DNA of 39,389 nt from an uncultured Candidatus Saccharibacteria bacterium. Its GTDB lineage: Bacteria; Patescibacteriota; Minisyncoccia; Phycocordibacterales; GWA1-40-21. Positions 35,157 through 39,389 of the stretch are shown piece after piece. Each line of letters starts with the position of its first letter. Positions within the stretch are counted from its first letter, which is position 1. The notes beneath the pieces were generated by a model. It saw only the letters and a program-made list of their open reading frames with translations. It had not been told where the DNA came from and did not search any database. The stretch lies in assembly GCA_964583845.1 (NCBI GenBank), contig CAZOXG010000003.1, forward strand, positions 1 through 39,389, in the 5' to 3' direction. The position numbers were made by a program, and so were the translations under genes.

Positions 35157-37934
35157 ATGGAAGGATTAACACCTCAATTTGAAAAGAAATTTGCTTCACC
35201 TCAAGAAGAGTTAGAATTTTTACGCGCCGAAATAATAAAGAAAGAGAAAGCTTTGGCTGAAAAAGGACAACAGGTTGAAAGAGAAAAGATTATTCAGGAG
35301 GGTCTGAAAAACTTTGCTCAGATTCCCGTTAAAGATAAGTTACACGAAAACTACCTGGTTCCACAACATGAGCACGAGGCAATAGTTCTTAGTTTATCAC
35401 CCGAAGCTCACGATAGTAAAATTGAAGAATTAGTAACTATCTTACAGCAAAAGGGGTTATCGAACACGCTGGCGGTTTTGGAAAAAATGAATGATCCACA
35501 TTTGAGTGATGATTTTCACCGTTTTTTAGTTCAGTATATTAAAGCTGGATTCACTGTGACTGACCTCAAAGAAAAAAAACCTTTGCTCAAATCTCTCAAG
35601 ATGACTCTTTTTGAAGTGTCCTTACCACCAGTTTCTAATGAAGAAGAAAAAGGTAAAAAAATGTCCGAGCTAATTTCTGGAATGGAACAGTTCTATTCAG
35701 GTATGTTGTCCGTGGCTGACAAAGAAGAGAGAAGTGCTGGTTATTTTACGATAGAGTTAGCCAATCCAAACCACACCAATGAATTAGTTTTTTTTGTCTC
35801 TGTGCCAGATACGAGAGTTGAATTATTTGAAAAACAAATTATTTCAGTTTTTCCTGATGCCAAGGTTTTAGAAAATAAAGACGATTACAATGTTTTTAAT
35901 CATGACGGTATTGCTGTGGGGGCCTATGCCACTTTAACAAAAAATCCAGTTTATTCCTTGCGCACCATTGAAAGCTTTGATCATGACCCACTCTCGGTTA
36001 TCTTAAATGTATTTTCACGTTTGAACAAAGATGGTGAAGGAGCTTCAATTCAGTTAGTGTTTAAGCCATGTAGTGATGATTCTTATAATAAAAATTATCA
36101 GCGTACTTTAGAAGATTTGGCTAAGGGTAAAAAACTGAAAGAGGCGATTGATCACAATTATTCATTTGGGCATATATTTGGGAAAATGATTAAGGATGCG
36201 GGTAAGGATTTGATGACTGGTGACGAAAAGAAAGAAGAAAAAGCCGAGGGTGTTGATCAAAGTACGATTGAAAATATTCGTTCCAAAGCCTCGAGTCGAG
36301 TCGTGGAGGTTAATATTCGATTGATTGCTTCCGCGGCAACCAAGTTTAGTGCCGAAACTATCATTGCGAATCTACAATCCGCCTTTAACCAGTTTGATAA
36401 TCCCTTTGGAAATAATATTGAATTCAAAACTGTTAAAGAAAATCATTCAAAGGAGTTCTTTAAAGATTTTTCTTTCAGAAATTTTTCGACAGAATATATT
36501 TTACCTCTTAACATAAAAGAGTTGACCACGATGATTCATTTGCCTTCGAATGAAGAAACAAATGCGCCACATCTCAAACAATCCAAGGCTAGTGCAGCTC
36601 CAGCACCGATCGATATGAAAGAAACCGGCGGTGTCGTCCTTGGTGTTAATCGGTTCCGAGGTATAGAAAAGAAAATATGTTTTACGCCAAATGATCGTCT
36701 GCGTCACTTCTATGTTATTGGTCAAACTGGTACTGGTAAAACCAATATTTTGATGAATATGATCAATCAAGATATTGCCAATGGTGATGGTGTTTGTTTC
36801 ATTGACCCGCATGGTTCCGATATTCAGCAGATCCTAGCCAATATTCCACCAGAGCGATATGAAGATGTGATTTATTTTGATCCAAGTTATACCGATCGCC
36901 CGATGGCTCTCAATATGTTGGAGTACGATCAGCGCTTTCCGATTCAAAAAACTTTTGTGGTGAATGAAATGCTCTCTATCTTCAATAAGTTGTTTGATAT
37001 GAAAACGGCTGGTGGTCCAATGTTTGAACAGTACTTTCGAAACGCTGTGATGTTGGTAATTGAAGACCCAGATTCTGGTAGTACGCTTTTGGATGTTTCT
37101 CGAGTTCTGGCAGATGCTTCCTATCGTAAATTAAAATTAGCTCGTTGTAAGAATCCAATTGTAGTTCAGTTCTGGCGTGAAATAGCCGAGAAAGCAGGTG
37201 GGGAAGCTTCACTGGGAAATATTGTTCCATACATCACAAGTAAGTTTGACGTCTTTCTTTCCAATGAAATTATGCGACCGATTGTGTCACAACAAAAGTC
37301 GGTTCTAAATTTTCGTCAGATTATGGATGATAAAAAGATTTTGCTGGTCAATCTTTCCAAAGGTACACTCGGTGATATTAATGCAAATCTTATCGGTCTT
37401 ATTGTAGTTGGTAAAATCTTGATGGCGGCCTTGTCTCGTGTGGATTCATTTGGAACAGACCTGCCAAACTTTTATCTCTACGTGGACGAGTTCCAAAACG
37501 TTACCACTGATTCCATTTCTACCATTTTGTCTGAAGCTCGTAAGTATAAGTTGAGTTTGAATGTCGCTCATCAATATATTTCCCAGTTGCAAGATAATAT
37601 CAAGAACGCGGTCTTTGGTAACGTTGGTTCTATTTGTGCTTTTCGTGTTAGTGCCGAAGATGCCGAATATTTAGAAAAGCAATTTGCTCCAGTCTTTACC
37701 GCCAAGGACCTAATGAATGTGGATAATTACAACGCATATATTAAAATGCTATCGGGGGGTATGCCAGTAAGACCATTTAGTATTGCAACTATGGCGCCAA
37801 ATCCTGGTAATAAAGAAATTATTCCAAAATTAAAAGAACTGTCTTATCTTAAATACGGTCAGGATCGGGCCGAAATCGAGGCAGAAATTATGAAAAAATA
37901 TCAAAAAACACCATATGAAGAACCAACATTTTAA
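35157..37934 (+). CDS. VirD4/TraD/HerA-like (T4SS coupling-type) P-loop ATPase
   Basis: RLRHFYVIGQTGTGKT, FIDPHG, YVDEFQN, LSEARKY and AHQYISQL; ATG 35157 follows TATAAT. Confidence 0.88.
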   Translation: MEGLTPQFEKKFASPQEELEFLRAEIIKKEKALAEKGQQVEREKIIQEGLKNFAQIPVKDKLHENYLVPQHEHEAIVLSLSPEAHDSKIEELVTILQQKGLSNTLAVLEKMNDPHLSDDFHRFLVQYIKAGFTVTDLKEKKPLLKSLKMTLFEVSLPPVSNEEEKGKKMSELISGMEQFYSGMLSVADKEERSAGYFTIELANPNHTNELVFFVSVPDTRVELFEKQIISVFPDAKVLENKDDYNVFNHDGIAVGAYATLTKNPVYSLRTIESFDHDPLSVILNVFSRLNKDGEGASIQLVFKPCSDDSYNKNYQRTLEDLAKGKKLKEAIDHNYSFGHIFGKMIKDAGKDLMTGDEKKEEKAEGVDQSTIENIRSKASSRVVEVNIRLIASAATKFSAETIIANLQSAFNQFDNPFGNNIEFKTVKENHSKEFFKDFSFRNFSTEYILPLNIKELTTMIHLPSNEETNAPHLKQSKASAAPAPIDMKETGGVVLGVNRFRGIEKKICFTPNDRLRHFYVIGQTGTGKTNILMNMINQDIANGDGVCFIDPHGSDIQQILANIPPERYEDVIYFDPSYTDRPMALNMLEYDQRFPIQKTFVVNEMLSIFNKLFDMKTAGGPMFEQYFRNAVMLVIEDPDSGSTLLDVSRVLADASYRKLKLARCKNPIVVQFWREIAEKAGGEASLGNIVPYITSKFDVFLSNEIMRPIVSQQKSVLNFRQIMDDKKILLVNLSKGTLGDINANLIGLIVVGKILMAALSRVDSFGTDLPNFYLYVDEFQNVTTDSISTILSEARKYKLSLNVAHQYISQLQDNIKNAVFGNVGSICAFRVSAEDAEYLEKQFAPVFTAKDLMNVDNYNAYIKMLSGGMPVRPFSIATMAPNPGNKEIIPKLKELSYLKYGQDRAEIEAEIMKKYQKTPYEEPTF

Positions 37935-38529
37935 ATACGAGCGATCATTTGTCATTATTAAACCAGACGGAGTCCAACGCAGTTTGATTGGAGAGATTAT
38001 CGGACGCTATGAGAGACTGGGTTTGAAACTTATTGCTTTAAAGATGACTATACCAACCAGAGAGATGGTAGCAAGCCATTACACTATCGACCCAGAATGG
38101 ACACGTAAGGCTGGCGAGAAATCTATTAAGAATTATGAATCAAAAGGTCAGGTGCCACCAGAAAAAGACCCGGTCAAGGTGGGAGAGAAAGTCTTAGGAC
38201 GTTTAGTTAAATATCTTGCCAGTGGTCCAGTTGTAATGATGGTTTTAGAAGGGGCCCACGTTATACCAATTGTCCGAAAATTGACCGGTGGTACCGAACC
38301 ATTGTCTTCTGATGTCGGTACAATCCGTGGAGATTATGTTATGGATTCTTATATGATGTCAGACGGTGATGATCGTTCAATTCGTAATCTAGTTCATGCT
38401 TCTGGATCATTGGAAGAAGCTGAACAGGAAATTAACCTTTGGTTTAAACCAGAGGAGATACTTCAGTATAGACACATTCAGGAGGCGATTCTCTATGATG
38501 CGGATTTGGACCATATATTGGGAGAATAA
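37915..38529 (+). CDS. ndk: Nucleoside-diphosphate kinase
   Basis: IIKPDGVQR, SGPV, GTIRGD and RNLVHAS. Confidence 0.95.
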   Translation: MKNQHFKYERSFVIIKPDGVQRSLIGEIIGRYERLGLKLIALKMTIPTREMVASHYTIDPEWTRKAGEKSIKNYESKGQVPPEKDPVKVGEKVLGRLVKYLASGPVVMMVLEGAHVIPIVRKLTGGTEPLSSDVGTIRGDYVMDSYMMSDGDDRSIRNLVHASGSLEEAEQEINLWFKPEEILQYRHIQEAILYDADLDHILGE

Positions 38530-38557
38530 TAATAGAAACAAGATTAATAATAAAAAT

Positions 38558-38600
38558 AAAAACACGCCCGATTTTACTTTGTAAAATCGGGCGTGTTTTA
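38558..38600. terminator. ndk terminator
   Basis: TAAAACACGCCCGATTTTAC...GTAAAATCGGGCGTGTTTTA. Confidence 0.8.
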
Positions 38601-38605
38601 ATTTA

Positions 38606-39195
38606 ACCAGAAAACCCAGTGCGTCCCTTGTCTTCCCTTGGAGCACTGGGATGAATGGAACGATTAACACTATCACATTCATATGTGATAGTGTATTTGC
38701 ATGAGAATTCAGCATCTACGCCATTCTACTTACCAACATCAATACCACATCGTCTGGGGTACGAGAGGCCGAAGGAAGGTCCTCCAATCGTACGTCCTGC
38801 CAGAACTGAAAACTAGTCTCTATGACGTCTGTAAAAAATACCCAACACTCCACATCGACACAATTAACACCGACCAAGACCACGTTCATCTCCAGATCGA
38901 AATACCACCTAACATCGCTATTGCCGATGCCGTCTGTAAGTTAAAAAGTTGGAGTAGTTTACACTTGAGAAAAAAGTTCAAATTCATCAGAGAAATCTAT
39001 TTGGAAAAAGACGGCATCTGGAGTGTTGGGTATTTTTCCTCCACTGTCGGTCTGAACGAAACACAGATTAGGAAATATATTGAATGGCAAGGAAAGACAG
39101 AAGTTCCAAAGAAACTCAAACTCTTCTGAATTCTCATGCCAAGAGAGGAAACCCCGGGCGGAGCTGTATTCAGCGGAGTCCGGGGAGGAGGTCAT
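38606..39195 (+). mobile_element. IS200-type element (tnpA only), ends approximate
   Basis: Left hairpin CCCAGTGC/GCACTGGG (38615-38650); right hairpin CCCCGGGC/GTCCGGGG (39152-39185) followed by AGGAGGTCAT. Confidence 0.8.
38701..39129 (+). CDS. tnpA: IS200/IS605 Y1 HUH transposase
   Basis: YHIVW, DHVHL, LKS, WSVGYF and catalytic YIEWQ. Confidence 0.93.
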   Translation: MRIQHLRHSTYQHQYHIVWGTRGRRKVLQSYVLPELKTSLYDVCKKYPTLHIDTINTDQDHVHLQIEIPPNIAIADAVCKLKSWSSLHLRKKFKFIREIYLEKDGIWSVGYFSSTVGLNETQIRKYIEWQGKTEVPKKLKLF

Positions 39196-39255
39196 TGCAA
39201 AATACAACTTGAAAATGTTATAATAAATAGTGATTAACTATTTAATTATTAAAAA

Positions 39256-39389
39256 ATGAAAAAGATTTTTCTAACCAGTTTGTTTGCTGCATTTTCTCTC
39301 TTTTCCTGGGGATTTCAGGCTGAGGCTGCGGCACTGAATTGGAACAATGGCGCCTCTAATATGCAGTGGGATACTACTAGTGCTAATTG
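39256..39389 (+). CDS. 5' part of a secreted/surface protein (truncated by the window edge)
   Basis: Signal peptide MKKIFLTSLFAAFSLFSWGFQAEA, then W...W...NW; TGtTATAAT upstream. Confidence 0.65.
   Translation, partial: MKKIFLTSLFAAFSLFSWGFQAEAAALNWNNGASNMQWDTTSAN

Noticed and set aside
35157-37934. Conjugative element or ICE
   Set aside because: No relaxase, VirB genes or integrase nearby; the ATPase sits among housekeeping genes and overlaps ndk

Overview
A low-GC bacterial genome segment, very probably Patescibacteria/CPR (Parcubacteria-like). The evidence is the missing rpmD between rpsE and rplO, the extended S5 N-terminus, mostly leaderless genes and CPR-style hypothetical proteins; TGA is used as a stop. 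The right half holds a fragmented S10/spc ribosomal cluster: rpsS-rplV-rpsC-rplP-rpmC-rpsQ-rplN-rplX-rplE, a ~5 kb insertion, then rpsN-rpsH-rplF-rplR-rpsE-rplO, secY, adk and map. After map come a 1532-aa repeat protein, a VirD4/TraD-like ATPase, ndk and an IS200. The left 15.5 kb is accessory: an S1 protease, a cN-III-like HAD nucleotidase, an ABC exporter, a GNAT, several orphans and a frameshifted IS481-like element. The strongest candidate for an undescribed system is a head-to-head pair only 9 bp apart, made of Elp3 and a Trm9/ALKBH8-like methyltransferase, which suggests a eukaryote/archaea-style cm5U to mcm5U34 tRNA pathway in a bacterium. The methyltransferase gene carries an in-frame palindromic repeat. 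A diverged copy of its 3' end lies 3.4 kb away and bounds an integrase-less island. Other signals are duplicated terminators around inserted genes, REP-like repeats and a G9 promoter tract at a surface-protein gene, and inverted repeats around rpsN-rplO. All family assignments come from motif recognition, not database searches.
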